This document shows, piece by piece, positions 9,438 to 18,800 of a DNA stretch of 64,000 nt (its first letter is position 1; each line of letters begins with the position of its first letter). The stretch is taken from positions 1 to 64,000 of IMG/VR virus record IMGVR_UViG_3300027857_000004. One strand, written 5' to 3'. Made by a program: the position numbers and the translations under genes. The notes beneath the pieces are model-generated. The model was given only the letters and a program-made list of their open reading frames with translations, was not told the origin of the DNA and made no database searches. The DNA comes from a virus.

Positions 9438-10012
9438 AGTCGATAACATTTATTTACGCGTTAAAAGAGCCGGATACCGGAGAAATTCGATATGTGGGAA
9501 AATCGGATTCCCCAAAGGAACGCTTTAAACAGCATGTTCGAGAAGCCAAAAAAGGTGGGACGCACAACCGGACGTGGATTTTATCTTTGCAAAAATTAGG
9601 GCTTCTTCCGGTTTTGGAAGTTCTGGATTCTGTGCCTAGCGTAGAATGGGATTTTTGGGAACGGGAATACATTCGGCTGTTTAAAGCTTTGGGGTTTCGT
9701 TTGACCAATACCACGGAGGGCGGAGACGGAGTATTTTTACGAGTGCCTGGATTTACAGGTAAGAGGCATTCAGAAGAATCCAACGAAAAGAATCGTTTAG
9801 CGCATTTGGGTAAGAAAAGACCCCCAGAGGAGTGCGAAAAAATTTCTTTGGCTTTGAGAAAAAGGTCTGCCGAAGTTCGAGACCGGGCCGCTTCTAAATT
9901 GCGAGGCATTCCCAGACCAGTGCACGCCAAACCGTCTTTTGCAGGCCGAAAGCATTCATTGGAATCGCGATTAAAAATGAGCGAATCGGCAAAAAAGAGG
10001 AGGGTCGCGTGA
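9434..10012 (+). CDS. GIY-YIG homing endonuclease with NUMOD3-like motifs
   Basis: FIYALKEP...RYVGKS...RF.QH, LTN.T.GGDG, G.RHSEES and GRKHSLESRLKMSES. Confidence 0.85.
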   Translation: MKSITFIYALKEPDTGEIRYVGKSDSPKERFKQHVREAKKGGTHNRTWILSLQKLGLLPVLEVLDSVPSVEWDFWEREYIRLFKALGFRLTNTTEGGDGVFLRVPGFTGKRHSEESNEKNRLAHLGKKRPPEECEKISLALRKRSAEVRDRAASKLRGIPRPVHAKPSFAGRKHSLESRLKMSESAKKRRVA

Positions 10013-11364
10013 TTTCAAATTTGGTATTGGATACCTTATTTTCAAGGCGTCCAAAAATAAGGTATGTGTCTCCGCCGATTTGCGGGCTCATCCAGTCGCC
10101 CACAAGCTCCGGCGCCCCGGCAGTGTCGCTCGAAACAATCAGCCCATTGGGCACGGTTCATTACTTTTTCACTGATGGCGGTCTAACGTGGGACTCGTAT
10201 CCAGGCGCGATTTGTTACAATGTTTACCGTTCTAACCTGGGCTCGACTTCTTTTCTTGGGATTGTCGAGTGCGGACCGCAACAGATTTTGCCCGTCGACC
10301 CAGGGTGCTACGTTGTCACCGGGGTAACGCAGGATGGAGAAACACCATTCGGGCAGCCCATCTGCACTCAAACGCACATTCCGCCTTGCTCGGTGCCGGT
10401 GCATTATTTTATCACGGATGCTATCGGAGGTTTGGTGTTGCGTTGGGACGCTTTTCCAGATGCAACCTGTTACAACGTTTATCAGGACGGCACGAAAATC
10501 CAATCGTGCATACCTTTACAGGACGTGCCGGTCTCGCCCCCTTTAACGGGTCAGACTTGCTTTGTAGTCACCGCGATTGCTCCTTGTGGCGAAACTCCGC
10601 AGAGCACACCGGTTTGTTTGTCGCCACCTCCACCTCCGCCATTGCGAAATGGACTCGTGGGGTATTGGCCTTTGGATGAACAGGTAGGAGTTACCCCGGT
10701 CTATAATCCGCCCGCGATTGATTTTTCAGGAAACGGAGAAAATCTCCCACTTACGAACGGTCCGAGTGCACAATCGAACACCGGGCTCGTCAATCGCTGC
10801 TTTTTCCAGAGCACCAGTGCGAACCTGTCGCACCCGGACGATGCTTTTCTGGGCATGGGACCGGGCAAATCGTTTACCATGACCGGCTGGACATTGGGAA
10901 TTGGTTACGGATTCAGCAGTGCTATAGTCTATTCGAAATGGTCAGTCGCTAACAAAGATTATGCAGTTTATATCGCGGACGATGGGGTAAATTTTCAATT
11001 GAAGTTCACGGCATACGATTTGACGGGTTCGCCGCAAACCGCTATTTACGCGGTGCCAGTGGCAGGGCGCCCCAATAACACGGATTGGCATTTCATCGCG
11101 TTCGGATACGACGATTCTTTGCAGCAAATCTGGTTGCAGCTCGACAACGGAACAAAGGTAACCGCTCCGTGCGTTGGCGTTCATCGAACAGTGGCTCCAT
11201 TCGGTTTAGCGGACACGACCAACACGGCGGACATTGCGCCGTCTGCCGGTTCTATCGGTAATTACGACGAGACCGCTTTTTGGGACCGTCCGTTAACTGC
11301 GGCTGAACTGACTCTGATTTACAACACGAACCTGGGCGGCCAGCCGCTCTCAATCCTTATTTAA
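10009..11364 (+). CDS. Tail protein with duplicated FN3-like repeat and C-terminal LamG/concanavalin A-like domain
   Basis: Two repeats HYF.TD...L.WD..P.A.CYNVY...C.VVT.....GETP; then GLVGYWPLDE...WHFIAF.YD...G.YDETAFWDRPLT..E...IYN. Confidence 0.7.
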   Translation: MISNLVLDTLFSRRPKIRYVSPPICGLIQSPTSSGAPAVSLETISPLGTVHYFFTDGGLTWDSYPGAICYNVYRSNLGSTSFLGIVECGPQQILPVDPGCYVVTGVTQDGETPFGQPICTQTHIPPCSVPVHYFITDAIGGLVLRWDAFPDATCYNVYQDGTKIQSCIPLQDVPVSPPLTGQTCFVVTAIAPCGETPQSTPVCLSPPPPPPLRNGLVGYWPLDEQVGVTPVYNPPAIDFSGNGENLPLTNGPSAQSNTGLVNRCFFQSTSANLSHPDDAFLGMGPGKSFTMTGWTLGIGYGFSSAIVYSKWSVANKDYAVYIADDGVNFQLKFTAYDLTGSPQTAIYAVPVAGRPNNTDWHFIAFGYDDSLQQIWLQLDNGTKVTAPCVGVHRTVAPFGLADTTNTADIAPSAGSIGNYDETAFWDRPLTAAELTLIYNTNLGGQPLSILI

Positions 11365-11365
11365 T

Positions 11366-12199
11366 ATGGCACTCAAAGCAACAAACCTAACGCTGCAGGT
11401 GGCGCCGCTGCCTCCGACATTCAAAGGGACTCCGAACGATTTAGTCGCGCAAATCGTCGCGCGGACTCGAATTCTTTCGCCGAGCGGCACGAATTTCATT
11501 TTCATCGGCGACACCGAGCCGACGAGCAATGTGGGTCCGTGGCTCAAAGGCGGCACACAATGGTGGGTCTGGTCCGACACGCTAAATAAGTATGTCCCGG
11601 TCGACATTTCGGCATCGTTCACGATTCCATTTTGGGTCAGCAACTCGCAGCCTCCGAATGCTACGCCGCCGGTGTGGCTGAAGACCGAGAAAGACCAGAC
11701 TGACCAAACAATCGGTCAATTCGGAAATCCGGTAGGCTGGTTTTTCTGGAACCCGGCTACTTCGGCCTGGGTGCCGTGGAATTCTGAACCGATTTCTGGG
11801 CCAACATCTGCGCGACCGGCTAATCCGGAAAATCTTCAGCAATTCTATGACACTGATATCGGCTGCTTGATTTGGTTCGAGCGTAGCCAGTGGCGGACTG
11901 TGTCAGGCGTTCCCGGGGACGTCAAATCGGTTCTGTTCACCACCTTGGGGGCTGCCTTGATAGCGAACCCAGGCTGGGCAGTTGTTGGCGACGTCGCCCC
12001 TCAGTTGATTGGCCGGGTAATCATGCAGGCCACTCAAGACCCAGGTGCGACTCCGGCGGCTGTGCTAAATCCGCCAACGAACGTGCCATCGCGCGCGGCT
12101 TTCGACACGTTCGGTGAAAACTCCGGAATTCAGTCAAATCCAGGGAGCACGCTGACAATTCCGCCCCAGGTAGCGCTCTGGCACCTGTATAAGCAGTAA
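11366..12199 (+). CDS. Putative tail protein
   Basis: Trp/Pro-rich; GPTSARP...YDTDIG.LIWF and GVPGDVK are motifs typical of tail proteins. Confidence 0.55.
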   Translation: MALKATNLTLQVAPLPPTFKGTPNDLVAQIVARTRILSPSGTNFIFIGDTEPTSNVGPWLKGGTQWWVWSDTLNKYVPVDISASFTIPFWVSNSQPPNATPPVWLKTEKDQTDQTIGQFGNPVGWFFWNPATSAWVPWNSEPISGPTSARPANPENLQQFYDTDIGCLIWFERSQWRTVSGVPGDVKSVLFTTLGAALIANPGWAVVGDVAPQLIGRVIMQATQDPGATPAAVLNPPTNVPSRAAFDTFGENSGIQSNPGSTLTIPPQVALWHLYKQ

Positions 12200-12234
12200 T
12201 AGCGGTAAGGCCCGAATAGAGCGACTGTTAGTAG

Positions 12235-12675
12235 ATGATTCGTCGCTTGAAACGGCCAGATGAAATATCGCTTACGATTGAGAAGGTGATTTTGGGCTGT
12301 CCGGAGCGGAACTGGACACCAAAGCGCATTAGCGCGTGTTCGCTAGTTGAGGCGTTTTCACCGCGCGGTGAACAGGTGAACATCTACGGTGCGTTTGAGC
12401 CGGAGGCAGTTGGATTTTTGATAGGGTTCGTAATTGATGACCCGACGACCGGAGAGAAGACCGGCAGCGAAATGTGCTGGTTCGTGTTGCCCGAATACCG
12501 GGGAACTGGAGTTGCAAAAGCTTTGTTGGGTGCATTTGAAAGCGATGCTAAAGCGGCTGGAGCAACGCGAATGCTCGCTGGGTTTTCGATGTTCGTGCAC
12601 GTGCCGAAGATGATTAAGCTTTACAGGCATCTGGGGTATCAGCCCCATTTGGTGACGGTCAGCAAAAAGATTTAA
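12235..12675 (+). CDS. GNAT-family acetyltransferase
   Basis: WFVLPEYRGTGVA acetyl-CoA-binding motif and LY.HLGY; sits just before the ejection genes, as in many podoviruses. Confidence 0.85.
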   Translation: MIRRLKRPDEISLTIEKVILGCPERNWTPKRISACSLVEAFSPRGEQVNIYGAFEPEAVGFLIGFVIDDPTTGEKTGSEMCWFVLPEYRGTGVAKALLGAFESDAKAAGATRMLAGFSMFVHVPKMIKLYRHLGYQPHLVTVSKKI

Positions 12676-12676
12676 T

Positions 12677-13666
12677 ATGGGTGACGTTCTTGGATTCGTT
12701 GGGCAGCTCGGTGCGGCAGGCATTAGCGCGGAAGCGGCTCAGACCGCGCAGGAAATGCAGCTCGCTGCCATTCAGCAGCAGCGGCAGTTCGTCTATTCCA
12801 ATCTCGACCCGAGCGTAATCGGCTCAGCTGCCACTGCCGCTGATGCTGCTCGCGCAAAGAATCAGCTCGCGCTACAAGGACAGATTGACCCCGCACTGCT
12901 TCAGGCTAGGTATGCGAGCGAAGCGAAACTGAATTCAGACCTTTCGAGTCTGGGGGTTCAATCAGGACAAGTTGCTGACCAAGCGACGAAAGAAGCGCTC
13001 GCGGGCACACCCGGGCTGACCGATGCGAAAAACAAATTGGTAGATGCTGCGTTAGACCAGCTCAAGGCTGGCGCAACTCTTCCGCCCGATGTCGAGGCGC
13101 AGCTTGTCCAGTCCGGACTGGAAAATACCGGAACGGTCACCCAAGGCGTAGGCGGCGCTCAAGGAATCGGTGGCACGATGCTGAGAACGATTCTCGGAAC
13201 TGCCGGTGTGAACCTTCAGCTGCAGCGGCAGAATCAGGCAGCCCAGTTGCTGACGTCCGCTTCGAATCTCGATGCGCAACGGCAACAGATTCTGCAAGGA
13301 CTTTTTCCCAAGTTGCAGTCTCAACAGCTTTCAAATCTCGCAGGCGCCGGTTCTGTTTTTGGAACCGCGCAATCTGCCGCGCCGAATGCCGGGCTCAGTG
13401 GCCAAGACGTGGCTAACATTTGGCTCGCGCGAGTCGGTGCAACTAACTCGCTGACCGCGCAACAGGGTCAAGTGTTGGCTCAAGGCGCGATGAACCAGGG
13501 CAACATCTGGAGCAATGCGTTGGGCGGAGCGACCGGCTCGGTCGGAAACTCTCTGCCGACCTTGGCACAAATCGTTAAATCGTCCCCCTCGACAGGCTAC
13601 ACCCCGATAACGCCATCTGCCGCTGCGAGTGAAGGCGGAGATATTCCGATAAGCCCGAATTTTTAA
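12677..13666 (+). CDS. Putative internal virion / DNA ejection protein
   Basis: Ala/Gln/Gly-rich helical protein with a hydrophobic Gly-rich N-terminus; follows the GNAT gene. Confidence 0.6.
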   Translation: MGDVLGFVGQLGAAGISAEAAQTAQEMQLAAIQQQRQFVYSNLDPSVIGSAATAADAARAKNQLALQGQIDPALLQARYASEAKLNSDLSSLGVQSGQVADQATKEALAGTPGLTDAKNKLVDAALDQLKAGATLPPDVEAQLVQSGLENTGTVTQGVGGAQGIGGTMLRTILGTAGVNLQLQRQNQAAQLLTSASNLDAQRQQILQGLFPKLQSQQLSNLAGAGSVFGTAQSAAPNAGLSGQDVANIWLARVGATNSLTAQQGQVLAQGAMNQGNIWSNALGGATGSVGNSLPTLAQIVKSSPSTGYTPITPSAAASEGGDIPISPNF

Positions 13667-13672
13667 AGCCGC

Positions 13673-14152
13673 ATGATACTCAATAACGGCTGGACAGTTA
13701 ATACCTTGATTCCTCAATCGGTCCGCGACCTGATTGGGACATTCGGCACTTCGTCCAGCACTCAGGTTGACCCCTCCGCATTGGCGGAAAGAAAAGACAT
13801 GATGGCAGAAGGCTACCGTGGCTTTTTCAGACCGCTACCCAGGCAGGTGGCGCCACCCGCTCCGGCGCCCGCAACGCAGCCGGTGTCTGTTCCTGCTTCG
13901 CCCAGTCTGTTATCGGCAGTCTTCGGAAACGGTAACAAGCCGGTGCAGAATTTTAACGCGTCTGGGAATTTTCAACCGGTGCCGCCGCCTGAACCGAGCA
14001 GCCCGTCATTTTTTCAGGTGCCTTCATTTTCGGAATCCGGTTGGGTAAGTCCGACTATGGATTCGAGCGGCTTTTATCAGATTCCTAAGTCAACACCGTC
14101 GAACGTCAGGCCGATAATGCCGGTAGCGTCGACTCAAATGCAACCGAGATAA
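13673..14152 (+). CDS. Pro/Ser-rich hypothetical protein
   Basis: 159-aa ORF tightly spaced between ejection-type genes. Confidence 0.55.
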   Translation: MILNNGWTVNTLIPQSVRDLIGTFGTSSSTQVDPSALAERKDMMAEGYRGFFRPLPRQVAPPAPAPATQPVSVPASPSLLSAVFGNGNKPVQNFNASGNFQPVPPPEPSSPSFFQVPSFSESGWVSPTMDSSGFYQIPKSTPSNVRPIMPVASTQMQPR

Positions 14153-14156
14153 TTTT

Positions 14157-15887
14157 ATGGCAGGAATAGGTCAAGATGCAGCGCCCGTTTCAGTTCCGGA
14201 AGGTCCGCTAGTTTCGCCGTCTGTGCTGCCCGACCAAAACGCGGCAGTTCAGAACATGATTGATGCGTTTCACAAGGGCTTTATAACTAGCCAGGACATT
14301 GTGGACAGGATTGGCGACCGCGGACAAGCTCAGAAAAAGGCGTTGCTTGAATCTCTCGGTGAATACGTTTCGCCTGACGCGATTAACTCGCGCATGGCTG
14401 CTTACAAGGCATCCGGTGCGCAGTCCGCTCTTGCGACTCAGGCTGCCCAGGCGCAATCAGCGGCTGGACTGCCCCAGGCGACCGCAGGACTCGCTGCGAC
14501 ACAAACAGCGGCTGCCCAAGCGGCAACCGTTGGGGGCGCCGCCGGTCTTCAAGCTTTTCAATCTTACGCACCGTGGTATGGCGAATCGCCGGACGACTAC
14601 AAGACGTCTACCGGCGCACCGGACTTCGCTGCGATGACGTCGCGCGGCAACAAGATGAACGCCGAAATGGCGCTCTCGCAAAACTGGATTAGCCAGCTCA
14701 CCCCGGCTACGGACAGGACTGTAAAGGATGCCGCCGGTGGCGAATACACTCAGAAGCTAAATAAGTTCGGCGTGAACGTAACGCCTCCGGACCCGAATTC
14801 TGGCTACCCAGGTTCGCCCGCATACTGGGCCTATGTGAAGCAGCTCGATAAGGTGCTGCCGGAGTTTCATCCGATGCGCGGTCAGTTTTTGATGACTCCG
14901 ACAGGTGGTGATGACACAGTTCCTGGGCATCCGGCTGGAACCGTTTCGCCGCACACTCCGGCGCCCGTCCAAGGTGCACCCACGATATACGGCACCGGCG
15001 TGACCGGCGGAGAACCTGCCCAAATTTCTGCGGCTCGTGCGCAGCTAGTGAACAGCGGCATGGAACCGGTTGCGGTGAATCAGCTCACCCCCGCGCAAGT
15101 TCAATCGCTTGTCACTCCGGCTGCCCCATCGTTGCCGGGTATTCCTCCGACCGCTCCGGTGATTCAACCTGCTGCTTCCACACCTACCGCAGCCGGGCTC
15201 ATCCAACCTGGAGTGCCTCCGGCATCCGCTCTCGGTGTTCCAACTGTCGCGGCGAAAGGTTCGTATCAAACGCCGAGCGACATCAAAACACAGTTGGTGT
15301 CCGACCCGGTTTACAAGACGTTCGCTGAGCAGCAAAAATACGCTGAGAACTTCAAGACCGTCGCGGACGCAATCGAATCGTCACCGGCGCCGAATAAGAA
15401 AGTTCAAATCAACAACGATATCGGGCTCGCCGAAAGCATCATCAAACTGTATGACCCGCAAGCCGCGTTGCGCGAATTCAAATGGTCAAAACTTGAGGAA
15501 GCTCAGCCTTGGCTGGAAAAAATCGGCGCGCTAAAATCGCTTGTGCTGCGAGAGGGCGCTTTCACGCCTGAATCTCGCCAGCGGTTGATTAAGATGGGCG
15601 ACGATATCATTAACGGCATGGAAAGCTCGGTGAAAGGCCGGTTGCAACAGGCCGATTCGATTGCCCGCGCGTCCGCCCAGACCGCCGGGCAAGACCCACA
15701 GACTTGGTCTAACCAAACGTTAACTTCGAACGAGAAGCGAATTTTGGCTGGTCAACCTTTTCGAGAGAGCGGTGCATCGGCAGCTACTGGCGCAATGCCA
15801 AAAGGTGTTCCACCTGGGTCTGTCCCGATGAATATTCCAGGCCGCGGCACAGTGTGGAAATCGCCAACCGGTCAATTCTTCCAATAA
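14157..15887 (+). CDS. Putative internal virion / DNA ejection protein
   Basis: 576 aa, Ala/Pro/Gln-rich; C-terminal helical region containing IIKLYDP..ALRE. Confidence 0.55.
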   Translation: MAGIGQDAAPVSVPEGPLVSPSVLPDQNAAVQNMIDAFHKGFITSQDIVDRIGDRGQAQKKALLESLGEYVSPDAINSRMAAYKASGAQSALATQAAQAQSAAGLPQATAGLAATQTAAAQAATVGGAAGLQAFQSYAPWYGESPDDYKTSTGAPDFAAMTSRGNKMNAEMALSQNWISQLTPATDRTVKDAAGGEYTQKLNKFGVNVTPPDPNSGYPGSPAYWAYVKQLDKVLPEFHPMRGQFLMTPTGGDDTVPGHPAGTVSPHTPAPVQGAPTIYGTGVTGGEPAQISAARAQLVNSGMEPVAVNQLTPAQVQSLVTPAAPSLPGIPPTAPVIQPAASTPTAAGLIQPGVPPASALGVPTVAAKGSYQTPSDIKTQLVSDPVYKTFAEQQKYAENFKTVADAIESSPAPNKKVQINNDIGLAESIIKLYDPQAALREFKWSKLEEAQPWLEKIGALKSLVLREGAFTPESRQRLIKMGDDIINGMESSVKGRLQQADSIARASAQTAGQDPQTWSNQTLTSNEKRILAGQPFRESGASAATGAMPKGVPPGSVPMNIPGRGTVWKSPTGQFFQ

Positions 15888-15888
15888 A

Positions 15889-18800
15889 ATGGCAGACCCG
15901 ATTACATTGACGCCGGACGAAATCGCTTCGGCGACTCCAATCACTCAGCCTACTGCTCAACCGGTGCAGCTCACGCCGGAAGAGATTGCTTCTGCTCAGC
16001 CGGTCAATCAGGCAAACCCGGTAAATCCTATTCGTGATTTCACGCCGGACCAGCTCGTCGCTCTCCAACGGCAAGCACCTGAGAGTTTCGATATCATTCA
16101 GCAATTTCTCTCCGACCCGACCGCGCAAAAAGACCCTGCCGTTAGGCGGAACGCTGAGCAGGCGTATCATCAACTCCGCCAAGAGCCGTGGTATCACGAT
16201 TTGCCGACACCGGCGCAAATGGCGGGGTCTGTTGGCACTATCGTCAAAGGTTTCGGCAAGCAGGCGAGTAATTACGCCTATGCGGCAGCTGGCGCGCCCG
16301 CACTCGGAATCGCAACCGCAACCGGCGCAGGTGATGAACAATCCCGCCAAGAACTGGCGACCGAAATTCAGAACAAGATTGCAACGAACTGGGCAGGCAC
16401 AGAGACCGGTCTCACCGGATTAATTTCGCAGATTGGCAAAGTAGTCAGCGCAACAGGCCGGGTGCTCCATATAAACAAGCAGCTCGCCGACTACACGCCG
16501 GAAGACAAAAGCGCAGCTTTTCAAGACGCGCTAACCCAGGCGCAGCAAATTCAATCAGCGATGAAGGGACAGGGACCGCTCATGCAAGCGGTGGGCGGCA
16601 ACATCGTGCCGTCACTGAATCTCAAACCCGAAGAAGTTGCCACCGCAGCCGCTGGCGACCCATTTTCGTGGGAAGCGATGGGGACTGGATTAGGCGCAGC
16701 CGGGAAGCTAACGCGCGCCGCGATTCCCGAGGCGGCTCGCGCGGCGATTCAAGATGTTTCGCAACGGGCAGTCGACACACTCGCCAAAGGTGTGACCATT
16801 CCCGCCGGTGCTGCTATTTCATCTTTTGGCAAACTGGCCGGTATGGGAATCGAAAGAGCCCCCGGCGCAGCGGCTGCCGGAGCTGTTCTTGGCGCCACTC
16901 ACGCACTCGGTCTCCCCGGTGAACTTAGCGGCTTCTTGGCTGCCGGTTTAAAAGACATTCGGTCTGCCCCGATAACTCGGCTAGGTGAAGCAGTCGGTCA
17001 AGCTGCCTCTGAGGCACCCGCATTCGGGCGACAAATTACCGGCGCTGAACCGGTCACCGGCGCCTACGCTCAATTAGGACGCGATATCGTCAAATCGATT
17101 CCCACTGCCGTAGCAGATATCGGCAAAGGCGCGGCATTCGACCTGGGGCTCGCTGCGACGTCTGACACGCCGCAGGAAAAGCAAGCGGTTGGGCTGGGCA
17201 CAACGTTAGGAATTCTCGGAGGCGTAGCTGGCGCAGGAAAACGCGCTCTAACCGGACAGCTAATTGCACCGCGCGAATTCACCGGCAACGCGAACTATTT
17301 ACCAGGAACTGGAACAGTTCCGATTTTGGAAGATTTGACCCGGCAAACGTTCCCCAGCATGACGCCGGGCCAGCGTGTCCGGTTCAACGCGACCAGAGAT
17401 TTTCTGCGCGGCGCGAATCCGAATGCAGACATTTTCGTCAGCTCTGGCTCAGATGCGACAGCTAAAGCGTTGACCGACCTTGGCTACTCGCCGGACGATG
17501 CTGCCCGGCTCAGCTCACAAGGTGGCGTCACAACCGAAATTAACGGTCACAAAGTCGCCATCGTCAATGCCGACAGCTTTGATACCGCGCCACACGAAGC
17601 TCGCCACGCGATTGAGAACGTAATGGGCGAGCAGGCACTCCGCCAGCTCGATGACGAAATCAGTTCCGCATACGGAACTAAAAACATGGACGCTATCGGG
17701 CGCTATTACACGTCCAAGATATTTCAGGGGCGAGACCCGGGCGCAAATTGGCAGACGCCTCTTCTCGATATCACGGGCGAAGGCGAGCGGATGGCGCGTG
17801 AGAAATTAATTCAGCAAGGAGTGCCGGACGACCAACTCAAACAGCAATCGTCCGACTGGGGAAATGTTTTGACTCCGGCGGAGATGCAAGACGCAGCGAA
17901 CCGTTACGTGGCTCGCGAAATCGCCGCAGAGAATTTCAGCACTTGGTTCAGCAAGATGGGCGGAGACGTCAACGCGAAACAACAGGTGCCCGAGAAGCTC
18001 GCGCAATGGACAGCCGCCGTGATGAGAACCTTCGGCGCTGAACCGCTCGCCGGTCAGGTCAGTCCGCTTGGATTGCCGCTCTCCAGCAAAGTGATTCAAC
18101 GAGTGGGTGAGCAGGCGCGTGAGTTGACCCGACCGAGTGTCGAACCGGCTGAAGAACCAGCTACCGGTGCGCCGAGACCCCCGGAAAAGGAAGCGCGCAA
18201 CGCAGTCGAATTAGCGAGAACCGCGCCCGATGTTCCGGTAGCCGGTGGCACGAAATCGCAGCGTGAAATTCTCGGGACCGTCGCCGAAGCGATAGCGAAC
18301 CGGACCGGCGTAAAGCTCAATTACCTGTCAGCGCCGGAGGAACCGGCTGCCGCTACGACGTCAAACCGGCCAGTTCGGCGTCAGATGATTGAGATTTTTC
18401 GCTCGATGCCGGAGTCGGCACGCAAACTCTGGGAGAAAACTTTCTTCCCCGACAAAGTCACGAAGTCGAAAAAGGGTTATCAAATTCAAGGCTGGGCACC
18501 GGAAGTCTTTGCCGCCAATGCGCACAAGTTGGCAGGCACAATCGCCAGCACGCCGGAAATGGCTGGCCTGTCTCCGTATGAAGTCGACCCGGCAACAAAG
18601 TCATTTACGCCAGAAGCTTGGCAGCAACTGTATAACGACACCAGCCGATTTGTGGCGAATCAGCAGTCCGGACGCACCGGTTCAGGTGTCCCTCTCGAAG
18701 TTCCGCCGGGAATGCAAGAGAAGGGATTTTTCAAACCGCCGTTGAAACCGGGCGCAGGTTCGCTCGACCAACGCAAGGCCGATTTTATTTCGATGCTTTT